Shown: positions 35,501 through 45,400, numbered from the stretch's first letter. The stretch: 64,000 bases of DNA from a virus (IMGVR_UViG_3300033273_000282:136310-200309); one strand, 5' to 3'. Translations and numbers: made by a program. Notes: generated by a model from the sequence alone, not told the origin.

Positions 35501-37645
35501 GCTGCTGCTACCTTTACTATCGTGGCAGCGACTGCTGATAACGCAACTCTCGCTTATCAGTGGAAAAGATCTACCTCTCTGAACGGTACTTACTCCGACA
35601 TCGGTGGTGCTACTGCTCCCGCATATACAACACCAGCAACTACATACGCTAACGATAACAGTACATTCTTCAAGTGTAATATCACCGTTGATGGTTCATC
35701 TTCTGTTCTATCTACAGCAGCAGAACTGACAGTCACTAGAACTATCGTTATCATCACTCAACCTGCTAACGATACTGGTTCTGTTGGTGGTACTAGAACA
35801 TTTAGCGTTGTTGCTAATACATCTGATAATGTTCCTGGTGATCTTACTTATCAATGGCAGTTGTCCATTGATGATGGATCTAACTGGTCTAACATTACTG
35901 GTGCTACATCTGACAGTTATACAACTGGAACACTCACGGCTTCCGATGATGACTATCGTTTCAGAGTTCTGATTGCTGCTGCTGGTGCCCCAACAGTAAC
36001 TTCCGATGCTGCGATCCTTCAGGTTGAAACTGTATCGATTGCGATCACACTCAACCCAACCCCACAAACAGTTAACGAGGGGCAGACTGCTACGTTCACC
36101 GCTGATGGTAACGCAGTCAACAATAGCATCAATGCTCTGGTAAGTTCTTCGTTTGGTATTAGTCAATGGGATTCTCCTGCTGGCGGTGGTAACCAATTTG
36201 AAGATCCAGAACAGCAGTTGCTCTGGGATAAGACCTGGGCTAAGATTGCTTCCGATCATACTCCATCTGTTACTTTCCAATGGCAAAGAACTGACGATCA
36301 AGGAGTCAACTGGAGTGACATCAATGGAGCAACATCAAATAGTTACACTACACCTAATCTGACATACGCTGATGATCATGATGATCGTTATCGTTGTAAG
36401 ATTGATGCCGTAGGCGCAGAAGCTCCTGCCTTTACAAGTGCTGCTCTGCTGACTGTCTTCAGAACACACTCTGTACAAACTGAGCCATCCAACCAGACTG
36501 GCAATGAAGGAGGCACGGCAACCTTTACCGTTGTCGGACAAACATCCAGTGGAACACAGACTTTCCAATGGCAGAGATCTGATGACACAGTTAACTATAG
36601 TGACATCCCAGGTGCTACAAGTTCGTCCTACACCACGCCAAATCTGGTGTTCGCTAATGACAACGAATCTAGATATCGTTGCGTACTTTCTCTGGTCGGT
36701 TCTCAAGCGCCAGTAACTTCTACCTATGCTGTACTGACTGTTAACAGGGTCATCACAATTGATACCCAACCAACAGGTCAGGCAGTCATTGAAGGCAACA
36801 GAGCCACATTTACTATTGCTGCTTCTATCACATCTGGTACGGTTAACTACCAGTGGCAGATTTCCACAGACAATGGTTCTAACTGGAATAATATTTCTGG
36901 TGCTAATAGCACAAGTTATGAGACAGAGGTTCTTCCATTCCCAACTCTGAACAGAAAGTATCGTTGTGTACTTAGTAATAGTAATGCTATTACAGTCACA
37001 TCTGATGCTGCTGCTCTGACTGTTAATGAAGCGGAGTTTGTTGATCCTCCAACTAGCGTCAATGTCAATGTTGATGCTGATACTGGTTTGACATTCAACA
37101 GACAACCAACGTTTAATGCTTCGGCTTTCAACTCACAGTATGCTGGATCTACTCATGCTGCTAGCTTCTGGCAGATCAAGAGAGTTGCTGACAACGTTAT
37201 CATCTATGATACTTCATCAGTTACTGTTCCTGATCTTTCCCAGGGTGATCCTGTCAACCTGACATCCTTTACAGTACCAGTCGCAGTTCTGGACTTTGAT
37301 ACTTTGTATCAAGTTGCTGTTAAATATAAGGATAACGCAGGACTGACTTCTCCTTACTCTATCCCAATTCAGTTCCAAACTCCTAAGGTAGATCAACCAG
37401 AGATTCAAACTATTACTCCAGCGTTCAACCCAACTATCAACGTTATTACTCCTGCGATTAAAACTGGGTATCAGCATGTAACTTCTGATTGGCAGTTCTC
37501 TCAGTCCGATCAGTTCATTGACATTATTCACCAGTCTCTCGGTAACTCTACTAACCTTCTGTCTTATACTCTGCCAGGAGACGTAGTTGTACTGCCACTG
37601 ACAACATATTATGTTCGTGTTCGCTTCAATGTAGATGTAGTGTAA
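32504..37645 (+). CDS. subtilisin-family (S8) serine protease with six Ig-like repeats, putative virion protein
   Basis: YVIDTG (Asp276), GHGTNCA (His341), SAGNG (oxyanion Asn), GTSFSSPIVAG (Ser555); QP...YQWQ...W.DI.GAT...Y...YRC Ig repeats from about 35140 to 37030. Confidence 0.88.
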   Translation: MATLLVKVADSFDVNDVKDTLLSQHDYLEFVKTLRSFRTIRFSVADENATAENLESVRLTEGLQGATWDREFRVTDYDDGGEVLNVEYVGDEVEETDAQLQDTKNTRILSTGSGGTIYVRVQNFPAGPRYTFSTISGGPFSRISTFTGFLQGGTYTFDQSDSSNAGHPLRLSITPDGTWTAGGVIYSTGVTAAGTPGQSGAYTRIVISSSTPSVLYWYNTNSSNYGNYNDSPARFGKLCVHDFWHLDRITKQNRSYMNGVYNSPEEGDGCDLYVIDTGVRGSSRPTGNNAALHPELYDPDNITDLNGTSEQQSYRVYEVTGFQSGYTVGGSANSNEDDQGHGTNCAICAAGIKAGVARKTKIYALKAFNSGGSGSLSDIIDAYQAVLDHNDSGHPNYKGNTRPAVINASFGPTTPSGAFPYVEINESGQDAGFDLELYDEVEKIIVDNNIILVRSAGNGFIDASSNFAGPLQTRYVAGARSSGFSDNDVNYQDVNIKSIAVGASDYNDRWADFSNYGSGTTTVAPGAHLTIPRYDWTANTPYTSTGNYGNISGTSFSSPIVAGIMCQWVTSNNYTLGTSDVPGLAKTFIRTSGPVSDISAVSSSAYPINTATEYKLPSDPFATTASSTALKISFPPAQSSVFLNNINKYIQFRVGASSLTVGGVNIKDESYQWHQITAQDPVNNTITITLQNAATGTASGGGSNNFMCIISDTHEFTDGPEFSNVTLYAELDSEEATHSGRAINNIPVHTGVDFDASSTNDVISKVMGMFNPFIPKTISWYTSAGDLTSGQGYDNGDSVNVQLGIQTIVSYASEPFTAREYSLTGDDISSTGLTFSTSSGVLSGTVTSSYQDLTFNITVTEVKSGESRSYSFQTNGTGVLVFVTSQPVDQVIEAGAGTNATFGPLGGYSSDGSTVTYQWQISTDNGSNWSNISALAGHSGETTETLTVDDDFAFNGYQYRCILDSNTAVQTTTTNVANLSLYRVITVSTDPQPQSVVAPAAATFTIVAATADNATLAYQWKRSTSLNGTYSDIGGATAPAYTTPATTYANDNSTFFKCNITVDGSSSVLSTAAELTVTRTIVIITQPANDTGSVGGTRTFSVVANTSDNVPGDLTYQWQLSIDDGSNWSNITGATSDSYTTGTLTASDDDYRFRVLIAAAGAPTVTSDAAILQVETVSIAITLNPTPQTVNEGQTATFTADGNAVNNSINALVSSSFGISQWDSPAGGGNQFEDPEQQLLWDKTWAKIASDHTPSVTFQWQRTDDQGVNWSDINGATSNSYTTPNLTYADDHDDRYRCKIDAVGAEAPAFTSAALLTVFRTHSVQTEPSNQTGNEGGTATFTVVGQTSSGTQTFQWQRSDDTVNYSDIPGATSSSYTTPNLVFANDNESRYRCVLSLVGSQAPVTSTYAVLTVNRVITIDTQPTGQAVIEGNRATFTIAASITSGTVNYQWQISTDNGSNWNNISGANSTSYETEVLPFPTLNRKYRCVLSNSNAITVTSDAAALTVNEAEFVDPPTSVNVNVDADTGLTFNRQPTFNASAFNSQYAGSTHAASFWQIKRVADNVIIYDTSSVTVPDLSQGDPVNLTSFTVPVAVLDFDTLYQVAVKYKDNAGLTSPYSIPIQFQTPKVDQPEIQTITPAFNPTINVITPAIKTGYQHVTSDWQFSQSDQFIDIIHQSLGNSTNLLSYTLPGDVVVLPLTTYYVRVRFNVDVV
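35140..37030 (+). repeat. six tandem Ig-like (I-set type) repeats in the S8 protein
   Basis: Recurring (Y/F)QW(Q/K) and (Y/F)(R/K)C motifs at roughly 90-100 aa spacing; a 26-bp exact DNA repeat at 35255-35280 and 36851-36876. Confidence 0.8.
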
Positions 37646-38455
37646 ATGGCTAAACCAGGAACCAGACAACAACTTATCGATTATGCTCTGAGAAAACTGG
37701 GTGCCCCAGTTCTGGAGATTAACGTCGATGACGATCAGATCGATGATCTGGTGGATGATGCTATCCAGATGTACAACGAAAGAATGTACGATGGATATAT
37801 CAAAACCTATCTGAAGTATCAATTCGATCAGGCAACTATTGATGCCATGAAAACCAACAGCACCACAACGGTGACTCAAGTTGGTGGTAAGGCAACTGAC
37901 TTCTTAGAAGCCAATAACTATATTACAGTTCCCGATTACGTTACCAGCGTCATCAAAATCTTTGACTTTACGTCGAAGAATACTACAAACCTTTTTGATG
38001 TCCGCTATCAGTGGAGACTCAATGATCTGTGGGATCTTACACAGACTGAGATCTTGACCTATGAGATGGTCAACCGTAGATTGGAAGATATCTACTTCCT
38101 GCTGGAAGGGCAAAAACAAGTTAGATTTGACATGAGAGGTCAACGTCTATTCATGGATATTGACTTCCAAGAGGATGTGGCAGCAGGAGATCACTTGGTC
38201 TTTGAATGCTACAGAGCTCTGGACCCAGCAGATCATGCTGGTATCTTTAACGATCTCTGGCTCAAGAGATATGTCACTGCTCTGATTAAGAGGCAGTGGG
38301 GTCAGAACCTGATCAAGTTCCAAGGTGCTCAACTCCCTGGTGGTATCACTCTGAATGGGAGAGAATTGTTTGATGATGGGAACAATGAGGTGAACAAACT
38401 AGAAGATGAAATGCTCAGTCGTTATGAAATGCCACCCCTGGATATGATCGGATGA
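37646..38455 (+). CDS. g13: neck protein gp13
   Basis: LIDYALRKLGAPVLEINVDDDQ...WLKRYVTALIKRQWGQNLIKF...LPGGITLNG. Confidence 0.92.
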   Translation: MAKPGTRQQLIDYALRKLGAPVLEINVDDDQIDDLVDDAIQMYNERMYDGYIKTYLKYQFDQATIDAMKTNSTTTVTQVGGKATDFLEANNYITVPDYVTSVIKIFDFTSKNTTNLFDVRYQWRLNDLWDLTQTEILTYEMVNRRLEDIYFLLEGQKQVRFDMRGQRLFMDIDFQEDVAAGDHLVFECYRALDPADHAGIFNDLWLKRYVTALIKRQWGQNLIKFQGAQLPGGITLNGRELFDDGNNEVNKLEDEMLSRYEMPPLDMIG

Positions 38456-39783
38456 GAAACGTTTTCTTCACTCACGGAACTCGTAACGAACAGTTTCTCC
38501 AACAAGGACTGGTCGAAGAGTACATCAAAATGTTTGGGATGGATATACTTTACATCCCAAGACAACTTACTCAAAAAGATGGCGTCTTTAATGAAGAGGT
38601 GTCATCTGAGTTTGATGACTCGTATCTTATCGAGGCTTACTTGGAGAACGCCGAAGGCTTCCAAGGTGGTGGAGATCTGTTGACTAAATTTGGGATCAGG
38701 CAGAACGATGAGATAACAATGGTTATTTCTCAGCAAAGATTCTCTGATCTTATCTCTCAGTTCCTTCTTCTGGATACTGATGTAGAACTTGGGGAGAGAC
38801 CACAGGAAGGAGATCTTATTTACTTCCCACTGGCAGGCAACTATTTTGAGATCAAGTTTGTAGAACACGAAGAGCCATTCTACCAACTTGGCAAGAACTA
38901 TACTTACAAACTTAAGTGCGAACTGTTCGAGTACAGCGACGAGCAGGGAGACATCTTCATTGGAGACGAAGATCTCGTCGATACTGGATACACTATCAAA
39001 TACTACTACCTTACTTCTCAAGGTGTCAGTGCTATTGGTGTACCAACACTTCTTAATGGAGGAATCTCTTCGCCAGTTCTCACTGAAGAAGGTAAGAACT
39101 ATAACTACACTCCAACTGTCACAGTGAATGGTGATGGCACTGGAGCCACAGTTCGTGCTGATATGATTACAGTTTCCGTTCAGGGTTCCACACCACTGAA
39201 GGATGCTGTACTGAAACCAACTGTGGTACAAGGTAAACTTACCAAGTTGGAAATTGTAGATGGTGGCGAAGGATATGATGCTGCTAGATCTAGTATCGCA
39301 TTCTCAACCCCACCTTTCGGTGGACTTACACCCGTCGCCAAACCAACGTTTGATACCAATGGTAAACTGGTCAATGTTGAAATTACAAACCAAGGTAAGG
39401 GTTATACTTCTGTATCCAAACTGGTAGTAGAGAATCCTGGCACTGGATACACCACAGCATCACTCGCTATCCAACCAGTATCTCCTGGACTTACTGGTCA
39501 ATTCAAGATTGGTGAAAGTGTCACTGGTGGTAGCACTGGCAACCAAGCAGTTCTCGCAGATTGGGATTCTAAGGAAGGTTGGCTTAAACTCAAAGCACCT
39601 ACTGGAGACTTTAGAATCGATGAAACACTCATGGGTTCTACCTCTGGTGCTCAGATTGTAATCAACTCCTTTGATCCAATCGATTCTACAGATGATAAAT
39701 ATTATGATAATGTTGAGTTTGAACTTGAAGCAGACGACATTTTAGACTTTACTGAGTCTAACCCATTCGGCATAGCAACATAA
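38452..39783 (+). CDS. g14: neck protein gp14 (with inserted beta-repeat region)
   Basis: IKMFGMDILYIPR...KFGI...RPQEGDLIYFP...FEIKFVEHEEPFYQLGK...FDFTESNPFG-like end. Confidence 0.9.
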   Translation: MRNVFFTHGTRNEQFLQQGLVEEYIKMFGMDILYIPRQLTQKDGVFNEEVSSEFDDSYLIEAYLENAEGFQGGGDLLTKFGIRQNDEITMVISQQRFSDLISQFLLLDTDVELGERPQEGDLIYFPLAGNYFEIKFVEHEEPFYQLGKNYTYKLKCELFEYSDEQGDIFIGDEDLVDTGYTIKYYYLTSQGVSAIGVPTLLNGGISSPVLTEEGKNYNYTPTVTVNGDGTGATVRADMITVSVQGSTPLKDAVLKPTVVQGKLTKLEIVDGGEGYDAARSSIAFSTPPFGGLTPVAKPTFDTNGKLVNVEITNQGKGYTSVSKLVVENPGTGYTTASLAIQPVSPGLTGQFKIGESVTGGSTGNQAVLADWDSKEGWLKLKAPTGDFRIDETLMGSTSGAQIVINSFDPIDSTDDKYYDNVEFELEADDILDFTESNPFGIAT

Positions 39784-39784
39784 G

Positions 39785-40792
39785 ATGTTAAACACTGGAT
39801 ACACTTATAACAAGATCATCCGTAAGTGCGTTATCGCTTTCGGTACGATGTTCAATAATATCGAGGTTCGCAAAGAAAACCCCGATGGATCAACGTACCA
39901 GAAAATGAAAGTGCCTCTGGCTTATGGACCTAAGCAGAAGTTTCTTGCCAGAATTGAACAGCAGCCAGATCTTAACAAGAAAGTTTCCATCACTCTGCCA
40001 CGCATCTCCTTTGAGATTACTGGCATTAACTATGATGGCACTCGAAAGTTAAGTCCGATCACCTTAAACCTTAAGGCGGATGGTAACAATGCGGTTAGAA
40101 AGGTATACACCCCAGTACCATATAACATCGAGTTTAGTCTTTCTGTTTTATCCAAGACTAACGATGAGGCTCTGGAAATCATGGAGCAAATCCTCCCATT
40201 CTTCCAACCCTCTTATAACGTTACGATCAAACTTATTGAAGACCTCAATGAGTTCCGTGATGTGCCTATCGTTCTTAATGGCATATCATACTCTGATGAA
40301 TACGAAGGTGACTTTACTCAGAGAAAACTTACAACGATTGACTTCACGTTTTCGATGAAGACATATCTGTTTGGTCCTTCTCAGACTGGCGCACCCATTA
40401 AGAAAGCTTCTGTGGATCTCAAGATGGGAACCAACAGAGAGTTGGCACCACGCAGAGTTACCTATCAAGTTACTCCTGCCGCAATCAGAGATGGAGATCT
40501 CGACGGCACTTCTACTCTCATGGCTGATCTTACTAAGACAGCAACCACAATTGAAGTACAAGACTCCTCTGTATTCACTATCGGTGAATTCATCGAAGTT
40601 GACAATGAAGTGATGAAGGTTGCCACACTTGTAAATGCTACAAGCATTACAGTTGTCCGTGGTCAGAAAGGAACCAGTAAAGCACAGCATTTGGCTGGTG
40701 CTTCTATCGATCTGATCAACTCTGCTGACGACGCATTGCTTGAAGCGGGTGATGACTTTGGTTTCAATGAACTGACGAGTTTCTATGGATAA
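39785..40792 (+). CDS. g15: tail terminator / sheath stabiliser gp15
   Basis: IIRKCVIAFGTMFNNI...KVPLAYGPKQKFLAR...TLPRISFE...PVPYN...EQILPFFQP. Confidence 0.92.
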   Translation: MLNTGYTYNKIIRKCVIAFGTMFNNIEVRKENPDGSTYQKMKVPLAYGPKQKFLARIEQQPDLNKKVSITLPRISFEITGINYDGTRKLSPITLNLKADGNNAVRKVYTPVPYNIEFSLSVLSKTNDEALEIMEQILPFFQPSYNVTIKLIEDLNEFRDVPIVLNGISYSDEYEGDFTQRKLTTIDFTFSMKTYLFGPSQTGAPIKKASVDLKMGTNRELAPRRVTYQVTPAAIRDGDLDGTSTLMADLTKTATTIEVQDSSVFTIGEFIEVDNEVMKVATLVNATSITVVRGQKGTSKAQHLAGASIDLINSADDALLEAGDDFGFNELTSFYG

Positions 40793-41189
40793 GTTTGACG
40801 GGTTAGATAAGGCGTTTGAAACTGTGAGTGAACTCTCCACAGTTAGTGAACCCAAGAAACCACCTGCTCCAATTGAAAAGGATCAGGTACAAGATGATCA
40901 TGAATATAGCAGAGCAAACCTTTATCAACTGATCGAAAAAGGTCAGGAAGCAATCAATGGTGCTCTAGATGTAGCAATGTCATCTGACCATCCCAGAGCA
41001 TATGAGGTGGCAGGTCAACTTATTAAGCATGTCGGTGATGTTACCGATAAGTTGATGGCTCTTCAGAAGGCAACTAAGGATGTCAAAGAAGAAAAGAAGA
41101 AGGGTCCAACCAATGTTACAAACGCACTGTTTGTTGGATCAACAGCAGACCTTCAAAAAATGTTGAAGGATGCTTCTAAAAAACAATAA
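40785..41189 (+). CDS. g16: terminase small subunit gp16
   Basis: DHEYSRANLY...HPRAYEVAGQLIK...NALFVGSTADLQKML. Confidence 0.92.
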   Translation: MDKFDGLDKAFETVSELSTVSEPKKPPAPIEKDQVQDDHEYSRANLYQLIEKGQEAINGALDVAMSSDHPRAYEVAGQLIKHVGDVTDKLMALQKATKDVKEEKKKGPTNVTNALFVGSTADLQKMLKDASKKQ

Positions 41190-41192
41190 ATA
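41185..41192 (+). promoter_or_regulatory. late promoter (AATAAATA)
   Basis: Overlaps the g16 stop, upstream of ORF 41215. Confidence 0.6.
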
Positions 41193-41214
41193 GAAAGAAG
41201 GTATTAGTAGTCCA

Positions 41215-41475
41215 ATGATTGTAAAACCACTGTCAGTCGCTGAAGACATTCAGGCAGCTGCTAGTGTCAACGCTACTATTCTTGCTGCTCCTCTGGTGCT
41301 GTGTACGAATAGTTCCGCCACAGCAGCTGCTGCGGTGACCGTTGTTGCCACTGGCTTTGTTGCTTACATTCCACCAGCGAGTTCGCTAGTTATTGAAAAA
41401 CCAACAGCATCTGCTTTGGATGCCACTGGCGCGGCTGCCTCCGTATGGGCAACTGCTGTAGCATATAAAAACTGA
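41215..41475 (+). CDS. small Ala-rich putative virion protein
   Basis: 86 aa, VIEKP motif, follows a late promoter. Confidence 0.6.
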   Translation: MIVKPLSVAEDIQAAASVNATILAAPLVLCTNSSATAAAAVTVVATGFVAYIPPASSLVIEKPTASALDATGAAASVWATAVAYKN

Positions 41476-41729
41476 TGGCAAATAGAATCAACGAATACGG
41501 AAAGTATTATCTCGCTGAAGTATTATGGCGAGGTAAACCTTATCGTCTTCAGTTGTTCTTTCCCTACCTAAACAAACCACAACGAGGTGATATCCAGAAA
41601 CAGGCAGACAAGGTTTACCCTGGATGCCGTGTTTATTCTTACTCTGAGTCAGAGTACAAGATTAAGCAAATACCTCTGTTTTTAGCGTTAGAGTCTGAGC
41701 GTGCTAATGTAGACGGGACTCTCCTCTGA
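41475..41729 (+). CDS. hypothetical protein
   Basis: 84 aa, 1-nt overlap with the upstream stop. Confidence 0.6.
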   Translation: MANRINEYGKYYLAEVLWRGKPYRLQLFFPYLNKPQRGDIQKQADKVYPGCRVYSYSESEYKIKQIPLFLALESERANVDGTLL

Positions 41730-41731
41730 TT

Positions 41732-42052
41732 ATGACAATCTCCCCAACTACCTGGCTACTTTTAGTTCTATTGTTCTGTGTAGCGTACGCTGGTTGGGAA
41801 GGTACCATGCGTTTGATTACGTACATTGAATTAGAAATCAAGTACGGATATGTGAAATTGCGTATGTACTTTATGGAAAAACGTCTTAGACGGGAGCTTC
41901 AGAAAACAATTACGCAAATGGAAAAAGAGTATGGAATTAAACTCGGAGAGGGAAGTCTCGGACCTGTCGCTCAAAAGAGTCGATTGTCCGAAGTGCGGAG
42001 CGATGTGGATCAACGGTCAACACATCTGGGCGACGGGCAAGATAGGGGATGA
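41732..42052 (+). CDS. hypothetical protein with N-terminal hydrophobic segment
   Basis: TWLLLVLLFCVAYAG hydrophobic stretch; the 3' part overlaps ORF 41931 by 122 nt. Confidence 0.55.
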   Translation: MTISPTTWLLLVLLFCVAYAGWEGTMRLITYIELEIKYGYVKLRMYFMEKRLRRELQKTITQMEKEYGIKLGEGSLGPVAQKSRLSEVRSDVDQRSTHLGDGQDRG

Positions 42053-42197
42053 GCTTGACTTAGCTGGTCTTGTGTGTAATAATTTAGGAGATAGTACCTG
42101 TATCAATCCATGCGTAGGTATGGATGGTGGCGATACCTGGAATAAACGCAGGGAATTCCTAGAAACATACGAACCAGAGGTCAAAGAAGATGAGTGA
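41931..42197 (+). CDS. Cys-rich hypothetical protein (CPKC...C...C..PC)
   Basis: CPKCGAMWINGQHIW...DLAGLVCN...CINPC, a motif I recognise from cyanophage g16-g17 inserts. Confidence 0.65.
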   Translation: MELNSEREVSDLSLKRVDCPKCGAMWINGQHIWATGKIGDELDLAGLVCNNLGDSTCINPCVGMDGGDTWNKRREFLETYEPEVKEDE

Positions 42198-42462
42198 AGT
42201 TCCAGAAGATCGCATCACGCTCCTTGAAGATCTTCGAGATGAAGCACTAGATAATCCTGATTGGTACCGCAGTTATGTTGCGGAGCATCCTCCTATTTCG
42301 GAGGCTCCCATCACGTTTGATTCTTTGCTTGGAAAATTCTGCGTTGTCTTTGATGGTCATACGATGTTCTTCAATGAGTTTGACGCAGCAGAGGACTGGT
42401 ACCAGCTAAATACCCATAGAAAGCATGTAGCCAGCACAGCAGATGTCTCTGACAATTCGTAA
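42190..42462 (+). CDS. hypothetical protein
   Basis: 90 aa, overlap-coupled to both neighbours. Confidence 0.55.
   Translation: MSEVPEDRITLLEDLRDEALDNPDWYRSYVAEHPPISEAPITFDSLLGKFCVVFDGHTMFFNEFDAAEDWYQLNTHRKHVASTADVSDNS
42406..42412 (+). promoter_or_regulatory. late promoter variant (CTAAATA)
   Basis: About 30 bp upstream of the fibre gene at 42443. Confidence 0.5.
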
Positions 42463-45400
42463 GTTACCTGAGGAAGCCGCAAATCTCCTCAGACCACCAT
42501 CAAGTATTTTCCCTGCTCAGATTGGGGACGTTGTTCTGGAAGCGACTTCCAACACCGTCCTTACGATGAAGTTGAAGGGAAGTGATGGTGTTGTCAGAAA
42601 CTTTGACGTTGGTGGTGGTGCTTCCTCCATCGGTACTGAATATGATATTAGGATGGTTTCCACAACTGGTGGAGCCATTTTTAGATTGACATCATCGTAC
42701 TCTGTTCTTGATGATATCACCTTTGCGGAGACTGCTAACCAAGTTAGAGTCTACTATACTAACGATGACACCGTTACGTTTGGTCTTGCGAATGATGTAA
42801 CCATTCCAAACGATCTGGTAGTCACAGGTAATCTTACAGTCAATGGCTCGACCACGACTGTGAATTCGACGACTGTCACAATTGATGACAAGACATTTGA
42901 ACTAGGTTCTACCTCTAGCCCGACTGATGCTGGAGCCGATGGTGGCGGGATTGTTCTTAAAGGAACCACAGATAAAAGTATTCTTTGGTCTAACGTCAAT
43001 GACGCTTGGACCTTCAATCAGCACATCTATCCTGATGTGGATAGCACTTGGGACTTGGGTTCCAACCTAATCCGCTACGCTAATGTATACGCTGATGCTG
43101 CTAACATCACAGCTATCACAGGAGCACTAACAGGAAATGCGGATACTGCCACGGCGCTTCAAACATCTCGCAATATCAGTGGCGTATCTTTCGATGGCAC
43201 TGCTGATATCACGCTTGTCACGGACAACGTACAAGAAAGCGGCACCCCGACCAACATCTATTTCACAGATGCCAGAGCTCGTGCTGCCGTATCGGCAACC
43301 GATGCTGGTGGTGACGGATCGTTCGCCTACGACTCGGGTACAGGTATCTTTACATACACTGGTCCCAGCGCAGCAGAAACCCGTGCTCATTTCTCGGGTG
43401 GCACTGGAGTCACTATCAACTCTGGAGTAGTTGCTATCGGTCAAGCCGTTGCGACAACTGATAGCGTAACCTTTGCTAGTATCAGTGGTCCTCTGACTGG
43501 TAATGCTTCTACCGCAACGGCTCTTCAGACTGCCAGAACAATCAACGGTATCTCTTTCAATGGTACCGCCAATATCACTCTGGATCTAGATGACATTGCG
43601 GAAGCCCAAGCATCCCCAACTAATCTTTTCTTCACTAACGAAAGAGTTGATGACCGCGTAGCGGTTCTCCTTCAAGGTGGCACGGGCATCAATAAAACCT
43701 ACGATGATGCCAACGATCAACTGACATTCTCTGTTGATTTCTCTGAGTTTGATTCCGATTCTATTGTAGAAGGTAGCACAAATGTCTTCTTCACCAATGC
43801 TAGAGCTCGTAGCGCAATCTCGCTCGTAGACAATGGCGGAGACGGTTCTCTTACTTACAATTCTACTTCTGGTCAGTTTACTTATACTGGTCCCAGCGCT
43901 GCCGAAGTCCGTGCCCACATTTCTGTCACTGATCTTGGTGGTGATGGATCTCTCGCTTATGATTCTGCTACTGGCGTCATCACCTATACTGGTGGCTCAG
44001 CTGCTGAGACACGTCAACACCTTAGTGGTGGAACTGGCGTCACGTATTCATCTGTTAGTGGTGAGATTTCAATCGGTCAGGACGTTGCTACCAACTCCAA
44101 CGTAACCTTCGCTAACATTACATCTGGTGGTTCTGGTCCTAGATCTCTGCTTCTCCAGAATACAGACAACGTTGGTACAGTAGATACTGCTGCGAACATT
44201 ACATTTAAGCATAGTGGTATTGACTTTACCTCCGATTCTATTGTTGCTGATGGCAATGATCTGGGTCACATCGACTTTAGAAACAACGGTGGCTCTATTG
44301 TTGCTCAGTTTGGTTTCCGTAAGCGCAACACCGCAACATCCAAGGTTGCCTTTGAGATCGATACAAACAACGACGGAACTCCAGAGTTTGAAGTTTCCGA
44401 TAGCAACATCAACTTCTCGTCCACTAACATCGGCATTACAGCAGGTGCTGGATATACAGTAACCACTGAGAATTCCACAGTTGATTACTCTGATGATGCT
44501 GATGGATATGGTCCTAACTTTATCCTCAGAAGAAACAGCACATCTGCTGCTGTTGATGACCAACTCGGTACTATCCAGTTCATTGGTAGAGACGCTGCCA
44601 ACACTGTGGATCTGGAGTACGGAAGAATTAAGACTGACATTCACCTGACTGCTGCTGGCTCTGAGAGGGGTCTGATGAGACTTCAGGCAATGGATGCTGG
44701 TTCTCTGTTTGACACCTTAGTCCTCAGAGGTCAACTGGTCGGTCTGGGTATTGATGAGCCTGCTGGTCAACTCCACATCAAAGGTAGTGACACGACTGAC
44801 CAGGTTATTATTGAGAACACAACCAACTCTTCTACTACCGCCCCTGACCTTGTTCTCTACAAGTCGGGTACTATCAGTATAGGACACCAGCCTGGTCGTA
44901 TTGACTTCCGTGGCAGAAACGCTGCCGACAACGCCAACGTTAACTACGGTGGTATCTTCGCTGAGGTTGAGTCTACCACCAATGGTCAAGAAGGTGGTGC
45001 CATTAAGTTCCTCACCTCTCAGTTTGGTACTCTCACCGAAGCCGCTCGATTCAACTCCAGTGGTAACCTCGTTCTTCAGGCAGAAAAGGGTATTGATTTC
45101 AGTAACCAGACTGCTCTCCTTGGCGTTTCTTACCAAGTTCTTGATCATTATGAAGAGGGTTCTTACGACTGTACCCCATACTTTGCTAACACAAATAGAG
45201 CAGGTATGTCGAACACCTCTACTGGATACTACACCAAGATTGGTAGAATGGTTCATGTGCATGCCAAGATGGTCGTTAACATCCTGGATAACACATTGAT
45301 TGGTGGTGAACTGAGATTCCCACTTCCATTCCAACCATCTGTATCTTGTAGTAACAATGCTGTTCAGCGTGTGATCATGGAGAATGATTCGGGTCACTTC

